DNA from: an uncultured bacterium
GTDB taxonomy: Bacteria > Acidobacteriota > Thermoanaerobaculia > Multivoradales > JAHZIX01
Reading direction: 5' to 3'
Length of the DNA: 64,000 nucleotides
Assembly (NCBI GenBank): GCA_965368975.1
Contig: CBDUPA010000003.1
Location: 32,001-96,000, forward strand
The notes under the pieces: model-generated
The model's database searches: none
What the model saw: the letters and a program-made list of their open reading frames with translations, nothing else
Told to the model about the DNA's origin: nothing
Position numbers and translations under genes: made by a program
Shown: piece by piece, positions 1-9,464 of the stretch
Layout: every line of letters starts with the position of its first letter
How positions within the stretch are numbered: the first letter of the stretch is position 1

Positions 1-167
1 ATCTGGGATAGGCCGTCGTCGCGCCCCAGGTGGTCGAAGTGCGGATCGGGATTGGGTCCTCGCCAGGCTCCGTCCAGGTCCGAGGATTCACCGACCGCTG
101 CTGCCACAGGTGCGGCAGGTGAGATCGCGCAGGCGCAAACGAGGAGAAGTAGAAGGCGGGCAAACAT
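1..167 (-). CDS. N-terminus (partial) of a secreted/periplasmic two-component-regulator beta-propeller sensor protein
   Basis: Not in the ORF track. Manual translation from ATG 167 gives MFARLLLLLVCACAISPAAPVAAA...PHFDHLGRDDGLSQ: a signal peptide followed by the F-x-x-L-x-x-x-DGLSQ start typical of Reg_prop sensors. Runs off the window edge. Confidence 0.6.
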   Translation of the reverse strand, partial: MFARLLLLLVCACAISPAAPVAAAVGESSDLDGAWRGPNPDPHFDHLGRDDGLSQ

Positions 168-176
168 GGCTGGTGC

Positions 177-1301
177 CTATTCTATGCTGGGCTCTTGCCG
201 CGTCGCCCCGGTCGTGAGCTCCACCCCAGGAATCAGCTCCACCCAGGCTGCGCGTCCACTGGGACCCGCACGGAGCAAGGGGACGACCGGCCGGTCGTCG
301 GATGCCTCTGGTACGTCCCGGCCGAAGCACAGTTTCAAGCTACCGGCGCTGGTGTGGGGTAGGGCTCCTGCGTGCGCCACTGCCTGCGCCACTGCGTACG
401 CCACGAAGCCGAAGGTCAGGCGGGCGTTGATTTCACTCAGGGGTTGCAGGGCGGTGCCGTCGCTTCCCCGGTAGCGGTAGCCGTCAACGCCGAATGGGCC
501 GTGGTAGCCGATCGCCGCGAGGGCTTCGCCGGCCGCGGTGGCGGCAGCCGTGGCGGCGGCTTGTTCATCGAGTCGCCAGGGCAGAGGGCCCAGTTCGATG
601 CCGGTGAAGCGACCCCGCGTGTCGACAAGGACGCGGTGGGGTCGCTGCAACTCGACCTTGCCGTCCGGGTGGACGGTGCCGAGCAGGCCGAAGTCGAGGC
701 TGTCTGGACCCAGGTCACGATCGACCCAGGGCTCGAAGAGCAGCTCGCGGTGCTGTTGTAGTAGGCGTCGCACTCGTGTCTCGGCCTGTTCAGAGACTCG
801 GCGGGCTCTTGGAGGCTCGCTGTCATGAGCTTCGATGTGACGGTCGCGGCCGGCAGCGGAGTAGGGAGCCTTGACCACCCAGGATGTGACGCCGGTGGTG
901 TCGAGATGAGAACGTAGCTGCTCGATCGAGTGGAGGAAGCGCGCGCTGGGAAAGGCGTGGCCGAGCCGGCGGGCGAGGTCGTGGGCGAGGCGTCGGTGGT
1001 GCAGGTTCTTGTCTTCCACGGCCCAGGTCACCACCGTATCGCCCTCCGCGACGTGCTCCGGCATCCCGACCGCCAAGCGTGGTCGTGCCAGCACCGGCTG
1101 GGTCGGCCCTGGCACGTCGACCAGGCGCGCCGGGTCGACCGCTGCTGGCAGCCACAGTGTTGCGTTCGCTTCGGTCGCGTCCGCGGGCAAGAGGGCGCGC
1201 AGCAGCGTGCCGGCGTCGGCGATGGCCTGCAGCGCCTTGCGCGGTAGCGTGACGCCAGCCAGCCGGGCCTCGACCTCGAGGTTGGCGATCACGTGCAGCA
1301 A
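177..1301 (-). CDS. ATP-grasp fold protein
   Basis: WVVKAPYSAAGR, LLFEPWV, GYHGPFGVDGY and LSEINARLTFG are ATP-grasp motifs. TTG start with GAGGA upstream. Confidence 0.7.
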   Translation of the reverse strand: MLHVIANLEVEARLAGVTLPRKALQAIADAGTLLRALLPADATEANATLWLPAAVDPARLVDVPGPTQPVLARPRLAVGMPEHVAEGDTVVTWAVEDKNLHHRRLAHDLARRLGHAFPSARFLHSIEQLRSHLDTTGVTSWVVKAPYSAAGRDRHIEAHDSEPPRARRVSEQAETRVRRLLQQHRELLFEPWVDRDLGPDSLDFGLLGTVHPDGKVELQRPHRVLVDTRGRFTGIELGPLPWRLDEQAAATAAATAAGEALAAIGYHGPFGVDGYRYRGSDGTALQPLSEINARLTFGFVAYAVAQAVAHAGALPHTSAGSLKLCFGRDVPEASDDRPVVPLLRAGPSGRAAWVELIPGVELTTGATRQEPSIE

Positions 1302-1329
1302 GGGGATCTTCCTCGGCGCTCGTGCCAGC

Positions 1330-2112
1330 TCAGGCGTCGACGGCTTCGAGACGGCGGATGAAGTCGGGGTCGAGGCCGGCGAGTTCGCGTCCCTGGTGGT
1401 GGAAGGTGCGACCCTTGGCCTTGAGCGGGCGCAACGGCCACGTGAGGTTGGCGCGATAGGCGTCCCAGGCGCTTTCTTCGGGAGCCTTGAAGCGCTGCAG
1501 CCAGGTCCAGCCGAAGCGCACGTGCTCGGCCTCGTCGCGGTGCACTTGCTCGATCACCGCCGCCGTCTTGATGTCACCGGCCGTCCGCGCGGCCTCGGCG
1601 TACTCGACGGTGTGGTCGAGGTTGGCGTTCTCGAAGGTCAGGGACATGGCGCAGACGAAGCGCAGCGGCGTCGTCAGCTGCTCGGCCTTGCTCCAGAAGT
1701 AGCCGGTGACCGGGAAGTCGCCGAAGCGGTGGCCGGTGGCCTCGACGCGGGCGATGTACATGCGCGTGTGGCGCTGCTCGTCCTGCAGGATCTTGAGCAG
1801 GCCGCGACGGAAGTCAGCGGGAGCTTCGGGGAAGGCGAGCAGCGCCCAGGCGAAGAGTTCGGCGGCCTGCAGCTCGTGGTTGGCCAGGCCGTGCAGAATG
1901 CGCGGACGCTGCGCCGGGTCGACCATGCCGCTGACCGGCGGCACCTTGACCTCGTCGTTGGGCCGGATGCGCAGCGCTTCCGGGCGTCCCGGGCCAGCCG
2001 CGAAGATAGCTGGGCCGGGGGTCTCGTCGCTCAACTCTTCGCGTGCCGGCGTCAGCTTGGCGTCGAGGTCTTCGGTGTCCAGCACGCGGCGGGCGAAGTC
2101 GCGGATTTCCAT
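1330..2112 (-). CDS. DUF455 family ferritin-like di-iron protein
   Basis: HGLANHELQA, DEQRH, FENANLDH and DEAEHVRFG: paired ExxH di-iron motifs. Confidence 0.8.
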   Translation of the reverse strand: MEIRDFARRVLDTEDLDAKLTPAREELSDETPGPAIFAAGPGRPEALRIRPNDEVKVPPVSGMVDPAQRPRILHGLANHELQAAELFAWALLAFPEAPADFRRGLLKILQDEQRHTRMYIARVEATGHRFGDFPVTGYFWSKAEQLTTPLRFVCAMSLTFENANLDHTVEYAEAARTAGDIKTAAVIEQVHRDEAEHVRFGWTWLQRFKAPEESAWDAYRANLTWPLRPLKAKGRTFHHQGRELAGLDPDFIRRLEAVDA

Positions 2113-2224
2113 GACCCGATGCTACACCGCCGTGTCGCGCAGCTGGAGGGCTCCGAGTTGTCAGTCCTGACATAGTTTGTAGTCACGAATCCTGTGCCAC
2201 CATCATCACGAGGAGATCGAGACC

Positions 2225-3274
2225 ATGAGCGAACCCACCACCGACGCGCGCGACGGGATCTTGGGTATTCACCACATCACCGCGCTGGCCAGCGATCCGC
2301 AGGCCAACCTGGACTTCTACGCCGGTCTGCTCGGCCTGCGTCTGGTCAAGAAGACCGTCAATTTCGACGATCCCGGTACGTACCACTTCTATTATGGTGA
2401 CGACGCCGGCCGGCCCGGCACGATCCTCACCTTCTTTCCGTGGCCCAACGCCCGCCGTGGCGCCCTCGGCGCCGGCCAGACGCGCGTCGTCCGCTTCGCC
2501 GTGCCGGCCGGCTCGCTGGACTTCTGGCAGCAGCGTCTGCGCGAGCACGGCATCGGTGCCGGTGATCGAGGCGAGACGAGCGATGGCGAGACGCTGCGCT
2601 TTCGCGACCCCGATGGCATGGGTCTGGAGCTGGTCGCGGATGCGGTCGCTGCCGAGCGTCCGGCTTGGTCGACAGGACCTGTACCGCGAGACAAGGCCAT
2701 TCGTGGCTTCCACGGGGTCGAGTTTCTGGAGGCGGATCCGCAGGTGACGGCCGAGGTCTTGGTCGAACACATGGGCTTCCGTGCTGTCGAAGCTTCCAGC
2801 GATAGGGGGCGGAACGATCTGCGCTTCGAGATCGGCAGAGGTGCCGACACCGCCAGGATCGACCTGGTTGCGACGCGTGAGTCCCAGGGAAGGGTCGCCG
2901 CCGGCAGTGTGCACCATATCGCCTGGCGCGTCGCCGACGATGCCCGGGAAGTCGCCTGGCGCGAACGCTTGCAAGGCCTGGGGCACCACATCACGGAAGT
3001 ACTCGATCGGCAGTACTTTCACTCCGTCTACTTCCGCGAACCGGGCGGCGTGCTGTTCGAGCTGGCTACCGATCCGCCAGGCTTCGAGCTGGACGAGAGC
3101 TACCATGATCTGGGCTCCGGCTTGATGCTGCCGCCGTGGCTCGAAGGCCAGCGCGAGCGGATCGAGACCCTTCTGCCGCCCGTCACGCGCCCCTGCATGG
3201 GCCACGCGATCGCCGCCGACGAGATCACCGCCGACGAGATCGAGGCGGCGCGCGATCTCGTCGGCGGTGTTTGA
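2225..3274 (+). CDS. VOC-family ring-cleaving dioxygenase (MhqO/PcpA-like)
   Basis: GIHHITA, VKKTVNFDDPGTYHFYYGD, VHHIAW, DRQYFHSVYFREPGGVLFELATD. RBS GAGGAG. Confidence 0.9.
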   Translation: MSEPTTDARDGILGIHHITALASDPQANLDFYAGLLGLRLVKKTVNFDDPGTYHFYYGDDAGRPGTILTFFPWPNARRGALGAGQTRVVRFAVPAGSLDFWQQRLREHGIGAGDRGETSDGETLRFRDPDGMGLELVADAVAAERPAWSTGPVPRDKAIRGFHGVEFLEADPQVTAEVLVEHMGFRAVEASSDRGRNDLRFEIGRGADTARIDLVATRESQGRVAAGSVHHIAWRVADDAREVAWRERLQGLGHHITEVLDRQYFHSVYFREPGGVLFELATDPPGFELDESYHDLGSGLMLPPWLEGQRERIETLLPPVTRPCMGHAIAADEITADEIEAARDLVGGV

Positions 3275-3360
3275 GTGCTTGCTCGGGAACTACGCCAGGA
3301 ACCATGCCCGGAGCCAACCCTGGAGCCAGGCCAGGTGGCGGAGGCGGTACTGGCCAGTGG

Positions 3361-4452
3361 TTACTGTCCGGAAGCTTGCGCCATCTGGGCCCAGCCGTCG
3401 AGCTGACTCGAGAACCCTGGTTGGCTGGGGTTGTAGTACCCCTCGATCCAGGCGAACGAACCGCCGAAGCAGCCGGGATACTTGGCGGCCAGCGCCTGCA
3501 ACACAGGGACGATGACGACCTGCGAGCTGGGGCTGCCACCAGTCAAGGGCTGGGATCCGGCCGGATAGTTGGGATCCTGAATCTCAGGTGAGAAGCCGGC
3601 CATCAGGAAGGCGGCGGCGTCGGAGATGCCGGTCTGGCCCGAGATGCTCTGTAGCGAGCTGACTAGGTTGTTGTAAGCCGACTCTGCACCCGGCGTGCTC
3701 TGCGGGTCTCCCCCCGCGTAGTACTGCACGTTCAGATAGTCGACGCTCTGCGTCGAGCCGTTGTAGGTTGCTTCCAGGATCGGCTGGTCGTTGGGCAGGC
3801 CAGGACAGCTGCTGACATAGAACGACGTGCTGAGGCCGTTGGCGGGCGTGTGCGAGACGACGTAGCCGCGGCTGGCGACTTCGTTCGACAGATCAACGAT
3901 CAACTGCCCGTAGGTCTGGTAGACGCTGGACCAGCTCTCGCCCTGCTGTCCGGGTTCCAGGTCGATATTGATGCCGTTGGCGTTGTAGGCCTTGAAGAAA
4001 TCGTTCTCGAGCTGGTCGACGAACTTGCTGACCCCCATGGTCTGGATTGTCTTGAAGACGTCAGAACCCTCCCAGCCACCGATGGACACCAGCAGGTTCA
4101 TGCCGGCGGCACGCAGCTGGGCGAACTTGGCTGGGAGCTTCTGCGAGAGTTCCCACACATCACCAGAAGTTGTGGTCAGTGGGGTGATCGGCACGCCGTT
4201 CCAGGTCAGCGTGTCCGGATTGCTGGTGTAGAAGGGGGAGTTGGTGTCAGGGAAGTGGAAGAGCCAGAGGAAGATGTCGGTGAACTCGTACTTTCCTGAG
4301 GCTCCCTCGAGCTGCTGGATGACGCTGTCGATGATCGTGTCGATGTCGGCCGAGGTCGAGGCGGGGTTGCCGTTCTGGTCGCCGTTCTCGGACGGCGTCC
4401 CAGCGTTGAGGCCCAAGGTACCCGAATACAGTCCGAAACGAAGCGTGGTCAT
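3361..4452 (-). CDS. GH18 chitinase-like glycoside hydrolase with variant catalytic motif, no signal peptide
   Basis: Start reassigned to ATG 4452 (AGGAGG RBS). Motifs LVSIGGW, NGINIDLE (DxxDxDxE-like) and DYLNVQYY. Confidence 0.7.
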   Translation of the reverse strand: MTTLRFGLYSGTLGLNAGTPSENGDQNGNPASTSADIDTIIDSVIQQLEGASGKYEFTDIFLWLFHFPDTNSPFYTSNPDTLTWNGVPITPLTTTSGDVWELSQKLPAKFAQLRAAGMNLLVSIGGWEGSDVFKTIQTMGVSKFVDQLENDFFKAYNANGINIDLEPGQQGESWSSVYQTYGQLIVDLSNEVASRGYVVSHTPANGLSTSFYVSSCPGLPNDQPILEATYNGSTQSVDYLNVQYYAGGDPQSTPGAESAYNNLVSSLQSISGQTGISDAAAFLMAGFSPEIQDPNYPAGSQPLTGGSPSSQVVIVPVLQALAAKYPGCFGGSFAWIEGYYNPSQPGFSSQLDGWAQMAQASGQ

Positions 4453-4775
4453 GATGTCCTCCTGAGTTTGTGAGCGTGGCAGAGACTCACCCGCGGGCGG
4501 TGCCGTGAGGAGCCAGGTGTCAGTCCGGAAATGAGTGACCTCATCTCCTAGGAAAACACGGAATCGCGCAGATAGGGGCCAACCTTCTGTCAGAAACCTC
4601 AAAACCGTCGCGAACCCCTCCCTGAAGCCGTTCCCGCCCGAGCTGACGTCGAGACGCACTGGCTCTTCTCGCGTCGTCGAACATCAGGTTTCGGGAGGAT
4701 GCGGGAACATCGATGAGCAAGCTCCGATGCTGTGACCCCTAGGGTTCGATGGCGTGCGGAGAAGGGAGGAGTCAC

Positions 4776-7070
4776 ATGGCGGTCACCCCCACGTACCCTG
4801 GCGTCTACGTCCAGGAGATTCCAAGCGGTGTGCGGACGATTACCGGGGTCAGCACTTCGGTGACGGCGTTCGTTGGGCAGGCCCGCCGCGGCCCGCTGAA
4901 CCGCGCGGTTCGTATCCAGAATTATGCCGACTTCGAGCGCCGCTTCGGCGGGCTGGACCCGGAGTCGGAGATGACCTACGCCGTGCGGGCCTTCTTCCTC
5001 AACGGTGGAACCGAGGCCTTCATTGTGCGCGTGGCGCGCGACGCGGTGGCGGCGGCGCGAGCGTTGCAGAACCAGACACCCGTGGACGTGCTGCAGGTCA
5101 CGGCCCTCGACCAGGGCGCCAGCGGTAACTCGATCCACCTGGCGGTCGACCACGACACCGACAACCCCGCCAGCCACTTCAACCTGACGGTGCGCTTCGA
5201 CTCACCACAGGGCGAGGCGGAAGACCGGCTCGAGACGTTCCGCAATCTGTCGATGAGCCGTCACCATCCACGCTACGTCGAAGACATGCTCAACGGCGTC
5301 TCGCAGCTGGTGTCGGCCACTCGGGTGGCACCTCCCGGCGCGTTGCCGGCGGGCACGAGCACCTCGGCGACGCTGACCGACGACGCCGGCAACCTAGTCG
5401 ACGCGACGCACAATCGCATCCGAGTGGTGGTCGACTTCGGTGACCCCCAAGACATCCAGGTCGACGCGGCGGCGGTCGCGGCGGCTGGCAATGCGGTGCA
5501 GCAGCTGGGCAATCTGTGCCAGCAGATCGATGCCCAACTGGTCGGTGCCGATTGCGCACCGAGCGGTGGCAACAACGCCGTCGTCATGACTTCGCAGCTG
5601 GTCAACGATGAGCGGTCGTCGATCCGCGTTTTGCCCGGCCTGGCCAGCGACGCCAGCGTGCGTCTCGGCCTGGGAACCGGCAACGGCGGCGTCGAGGTCG
5701 ACGCCATGGCTGGCTGGCGACCGGCGCCGGTGCCGGTGCCGGGGACGCTGACCAGCAATGTGCTGGCCAATGCCGATCTCGGAGGTGCGCCGGCGACGCT
5801 GCCGGACGCCAACAACCACCTGCTGCGCGTCAGTATCGACGGCGCAGGCCCCGACCAGGTCGACCTCGGCGTGGGTATTGCCGCCGGCGCCAACCTGGCC
5901 GAGCGCTTAGACAATCTGGCTTCACGCCTGCGCGACGCGGTGCGTGCGGCCCGGCCCTTGCAGCCAGGCTACCGCGACTTTGAGTGCCTGGTGCAGGGGG
6001 GCAATCGCTTGCGGTTGGTCTCGGGTAGCACGGGTGCAGGTTCGTCGGTGGTGGTCGAGGCGGTGGCCGGGGACGGTATCGCCGCTGCGCTCAACCTGCT
6101 GCCGGCGGACGGAGCCGTCTCCACGGCGGGTGCCGCGGTGACCCTGGAGGGTGGCAACGAACAGCCGTTCCAACTCGACCAACCGGTGGCCGTGCAGCTG
6201 TTCGTTGGCGACCGGGTCAACCGACGCGGGCTCTACGCCCTCGAGGACATCGATCTGTTCAACCTGCTGGTGCTGCCCGGCGTCGACAGCGCGGCCATCC
6301 TGGCCGATGCCGACGCCTACTGCCAGGAGCGGCGGGCCTTCTTCATCGTCGACGCGCCCCGCACTTCGGTAACGCCGGCGCAGATGGAGACCACGATCTC
6401 CGGTACCGCGCTGCCACGCTCGGACCACGCGGCCGTCTACTACCCCTGGCTCGACGTCGCCGACGCCTTGCGCGGCGGTCGGCCACGACGCAGTGCGCCC
6501 TCGGGCACGGTAGCCGGCATCTTCGCCCGCACCGACGCTACGCGCGGTGTGTGGAAGGCGCCGGCCGGCACCGAGGCGTCGCTGCGCGGCGCCCTCGGGC
6601 TGGCACACCCGCTCACCGATCCCGAGAATGGCATTCTCAATCCGCTGGGCGTCAACTGTCTGCGCAGCTTCCCGGTGACCGGTACGGTGGTTTGGGGCTC
6701 GCGCACGCTGCGCGGCGCCGACGTGCTGGCCTCGGAGTGGAAGTACGTGCCGGTGCGGCGCACCGCGCTGTTCATCGAAGAGAGCCTTTACCGCGGCAGC
6801 CAGTGGGTGGTGTTCGAGCCCAACGACGAGCCGCTGTGGTCGCAGATCCGCCTCAATGTTGGTGCCTTCATGCAGCGCTTGTTCCTGCAGGGTGCCTTCC
6901 AGGGTGGTTCGCCCAACGAGGCGTACCTGGTCAAGTGCGACGCCGAGACGACGACGCAAGACGACATCGACCGCGGCGTCGTCAACATCCTGGTCGGCTT
7001 CGCACCGCTGAAGCCGGCGGAGTTCGTCATCCTGCAAATCCAACAGCTGGCCGGTCAGGCCCAGAGCTGA
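4776..7070 (+). CDS. Contractile tail sheath protein (Afp2/3/4-like)
   Basis: N-terminal YPGVYVQEIPSGVRTITGVSTSVTAFVG. C-terminal GVWKAPAG, WKYVPVRR, WVVFEPN, GFAPLKPAEFV. Start ATG 4776 after GGGAGG. Confidence 0.95.
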   Translation: MAVTPTYPGVYVQEIPSGVRTITGVSTSVTAFVGQARRGPLNRAVRIQNYADFERRFGGLDPESEMTYAVRAFFLNGGTEAFIVRVARDAVAAARALQNQTPVDVLQVTALDQGASGNSIHLAVDHDTDNPASHFNLTVRFDSPQGEAEDRLETFRNLSMSRHHPRYVEDMLNGVSQLVSATRVAPPGALPAGTSTSATLTDDAGNLVDATHNRIRVVVDFGDPQDIQVDAAAVAAAGNAVQQLGNLCQQIDAQLVGADCAPSGGNNAVVMTSQLVNDERSSIRVLPGLASDASVRLGLGTGNGGVEVDAMAGWRPAPVPVPGTLTSNVLANADLGGAPATLPDANNHLLRVSIDGAGPDQVDLGVGIAAGANLAERLDNLASRLRDAVRAARPLQPGYRDFECLVQGGNRLRLVSGSTGAGSSVVVEAVAGDGIAAALNLLPADGAVSTAGAAVTLEGGNEQPFQLDQPVAVQLFVGDRVNRRGLYALEDIDLFNLLVLPGVDSAAILADADAYCQERRAFFIVDAPRTSVTPAQMETTISGTALPRSDHAAVYYPWLDVADALRGGRPRRSAPSGTVAGIFARTDATRGVWKAPAGTEASLRGALGLAHPLTDPENGILNPLGVNCLRSFPVTGTVVWGSRTLRGADVLASEWKYVPVRRTALFIEESLYRGSQWVVFEPNDEPLWSQIRLNVGAFMQRLFLQGAFQGGSPNEAYLVKCDAETTTQDDIDRGVVNILVGFAPLKPAEFVILQIQQLAGQAQS

Positions 7071-7087
7071 GCTAGGGAGGTACGTCG

Positions 7088-7621
7088 ATGGAATTCTCCG
7101 CCAATGCCGACCGCCGCGACCCGTACAAGAACTTCAAGTTCAAGGTGAAGTGGGACGGACGCTATGTCGCCGGTATCAGCAAAGTGAGCGCGCTGCGGCG
7201 CACCACCGAAGCGGTGACCTACCGCGCCGGAGGTGATCCCAGCACCGAGCGCAAGTCGCCGGGTCAGACCAAGTTCGAGGCCATCACCCTGGAACGCGGC
7301 CTGACCCACGACGTCGCCTTCGAGCAGTGGGCGAACAAGGTTTGGTATCCGCCGAACTCGTCGAGTCCGGGTGAACAGCAGATCTCGCTCAAGAACTTCC
7401 GCAAAGATCTGTTGATCGAGATGTACAACGAAGCCGGTCAGAAGGTGAAGGCGTTCAAGGTCTTCCGCTGCTGGGTCTCGGAGTATCAGACGATGCCTGA
7501 GCTGGACGCCAGCGCCAACGCGGTGGCGATCGAGACGCTGAAGCTCGAGAACGAGGGCTGGGAGCGCGACGAGAGCGTCAAGGAGCCGACCGAGCCGGAG
7601 TTCACCGCGCCGGAGGAATAA
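7088..7621 (+). CDS. Tail tube protein (T4 gp19-like, Afp1/5-like)
   Basis: DPYKNFKFKVKWDG, ITLERGLTHD, ELDASANAVAIETLKLENEGW. Confidence 0.93.
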   Translation: MEFSANADRRDPYKNFKFKVKWDGRYVAGISKVSALRRTTEAVTYRAGGDPSTERKSPGQTKFEAITLERGLTHDVAFEQWANKVWYPPNSSSPGEQQISLKNFRKDLLIEMYNEAGQKVKAFKVFRCWVSEYQTMPELDASANAVAIETLKLENEGWERDESVKEPTEPEFTAPEE

Positions 7622-7624
7622 GCC

Positions 7625-8485
7625 GTGCCGGTGCTCTCCAATCGTGAGCTGCTGCAGGTGTGGGAACACGGTGTCCCCCTGGGGAGTACCAACCCGGGGA
7701 GTGCCGGCCTGGGGACGACTCGGCTGGCATTGCTCTGGTTGGCGGCCGGCTGGCCGCACAGCACCTGGGACGAGCTGGCGGCGGTGCCCCTCGGGGTTCG
7801 CGACCGCCGCTTGCTCCGTCTTTACCGAGACACCTTCGGCGATTCCCTGGAGTGCCAGGCCGACTGTCCCGAGTGTGGCGAAGAGCTGGAAGCGGACTTG
7901 TCGGCGACTGAGTTGCTATCCGGCCTAGCACCGGCGAACAACACAGTGCAGGCGAGCAAGACGATATCGACGAGCGAACGAGCGGAGGAGGGCGACGATG
8001 GTCACGGCCAGAACGAGTACGGTCGTCACGAGCAAGGGCGTCACGAGCACGCGCATCAGGATCTACGGTTGGTCTTCCGTATGCCCAACAGCGGCGACTT
8101 GCTGGCCGCGGAGGCGTGCGGTGATGCCGTCGAGGCGCGCCGCCTGCTGTCCGAACGCTGCGTCCTGGAGGCGTACCGACGCGACGAGCCAGTGCCGCTG
8201 GGGCAACTGCGCGAGCAGGACATCGAACAGCTGGCGACCTCGATGGCGCGTGTCGACCCGGCGGTCGAAGTCCGCATCGCCTTTCGCTGTCCGGCCTGTG
8301 ACCATGCCTGGAAGCAGCCGCTCGACGTCGTCGCCTTTCTCGACGACCGCGGCCGCCAGCGCGCGCACCGCCTGCTCGAAGAGGTCCACCTGCTGGCGCG
8401 CAGCTACGGCTGGAGCGAAGACGGGATCCTGGCCATGAGCGACCAGCGGCGCCGCACCTACCTGGAGATGCTGGGTCATGCCTGA
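7625..8485 (+). CDS. Tail/baseplate assembly chaperone-like protein with two CxxC motifs
   Basis: CPECG and CPACD; C-terminal HLLARSYGWSEDGILAM...RR. Located directly after the tube gene. Confidence 0.7.
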   Translation: MPVLSNRELLQVWEHGVPLGSTNPGSAGLGTTRLALLWLAAGWPHSTWDELAAVPLGVRDRRLLRLYRDTFGDSLECQADCPECGEELEADLSATELLSGLAPANNTVQASKTISTSERAEEGDDGHGQNEYGRHEQGRHEHAHQDLRLVFRMPNSGDLLAAEACGDAVEARRLLSERCVLEAYRRDEPVPLGQLREQDIEQLATSMARVDPAVEVRIAFRCPACDHAWKQPLDVVAFLDDRGRQRAHRLLEEVHLLARSYGWSEDGILAMSDQRRRTYLEMLGHA

Positions 8486-9464
8486 CTTCCTGAGCCGTCT
8501 CGCCGATCGCAGCCAGACGTCGAACGTCGAAGCTCGGCTGCGACCAGCGTCGGTACCTCGGTTCGCGGCACTGCGCACCGATTCTGCCGGAGGGGTGCCA
8601 GCCGCGAAGACCCATGCCGGAGAGGTACCGGGCGAAGAAGGGGCGTTCGGTCAAATGTCGGGTGGTCCCGGCGTGGCACACGACGAGCCCAGGCAGCCGG
8701 TCGAGAGCCTACCCAGGGACCCTCATGCCGCCCGGCAGAGGGCCTTCGAGCAGCGTCTCGACGAGATGTTCTCCTCGCCTGCCTTCGCGGGAGCGCCCAG
8801 CCGGCCGGCTCAGCACGACGGATCCCGCAGACCGCCGACCCACGATACGCCAAGCTCACGAAGGCCAGCTGACGGTACGCCAACCCAGGGTCAGCTCGAG
8901 CAGCACCAGCCAATGCAGGCACAGTCAGAGCAAGGCCAATCAAAGCAGGAACAATCGGGATGGCCGGCCGCGAGTCAGCGCTCCGTGAGCGGGTTCTCTG
9001 CGACGGATAGCTCCAGCGGTACCCGGCAGGCAGACCGTGTTGCGGCAGGCCCTGACGGTACCGTGCAGCCCAGATCGACGGGGCCCGCTGCCGCACGCCA
9101 CGACCAGGATGCCGCCGAGATTCCGGTAGCGTCCAGCCCCAGGTCTGGCTTGAAGCCAGTCCGACCTCGTTCGTCGGCACCGTCGAGCACCAGGGCCTCC
9201 GAACCCACCTCGGTAGCCAGCGACCGTGCCCCCAGCGACCGTGCCCCCAGCGGCCGTGCCCCCAGCGACCGTGCACCCGGCAATCGGCTCGGTCCGGAAT
9301 CGGTGGTCCAGGAGCGCACGGTGCGTGTGCGCATCGGCCGTGTCGAGGTCCGCAATGTGACGCCGGCTCCAGCCGCGTCGACGCCGCGGACTGCGACCGC
9401 CGGCAAGCGCCCACCACCGCCGTCGCTCGACGACTACTTGCGCCGCCGCCGGGAGGGACGATGA
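8478..9464 (+). CDS. Low-complexity eCIS-associated hypothetical protein
   Basis: Overlaps both neighbours. P/S/A/Q-rich body with C-terminal VRVRIGRVEVR...SLDDYL motif recurrent in such loci. Confidence 0.65.
   Translation: MPDFLSRLADRSQTSNVEARLRPASVPRFAALRTDSAGGVPAAKTHAGEVPGEEGAFGQMSGGPGVAHDEPRQPVESLPRDPHAARQRAFEQRLDEMFSSPAFAGAPSRPAQHDGSRRPPTHDTPSSRRPADGTPTQGQLEQHQPMQAQSEQGQSKQEQSGWPAASQRSVSGFSATDSSSGTRQADRVAAGPDGTVQPRSTGPAAARHDQDAAEIPVASSPRSGLKPVRPRSSAPSSTRASEPTSVASDRAPSDRAPSGRAPSDRAPGNRLGPESVVQERTVRVRIGRVEVRNVTPAPAASTPRTATAGKRPPPPSLDDYLRRRREGR
9219..9278 (+). repeat. 15-bp tandem repeat x4 (AGCGACCGTGCCCCC; SDRAP)
   Basis: Seen directly; in frame. Confidence 0.9.

Noticed and set aside
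3281-3345. Degenerate 12-bp repeats between convergent genes as a terminator or REP element
   Set aside because: No clean hairpin with a U-tract and no second copy elsewhere in the window.
4453-4775. Riboswitch or ECF promoter upstream of the eCIS operon
   Set aside because: Only a weak GGAAC-N16-CGAT and a short CCCTAGGG palindrome; no recognisable riboswitch consensus.
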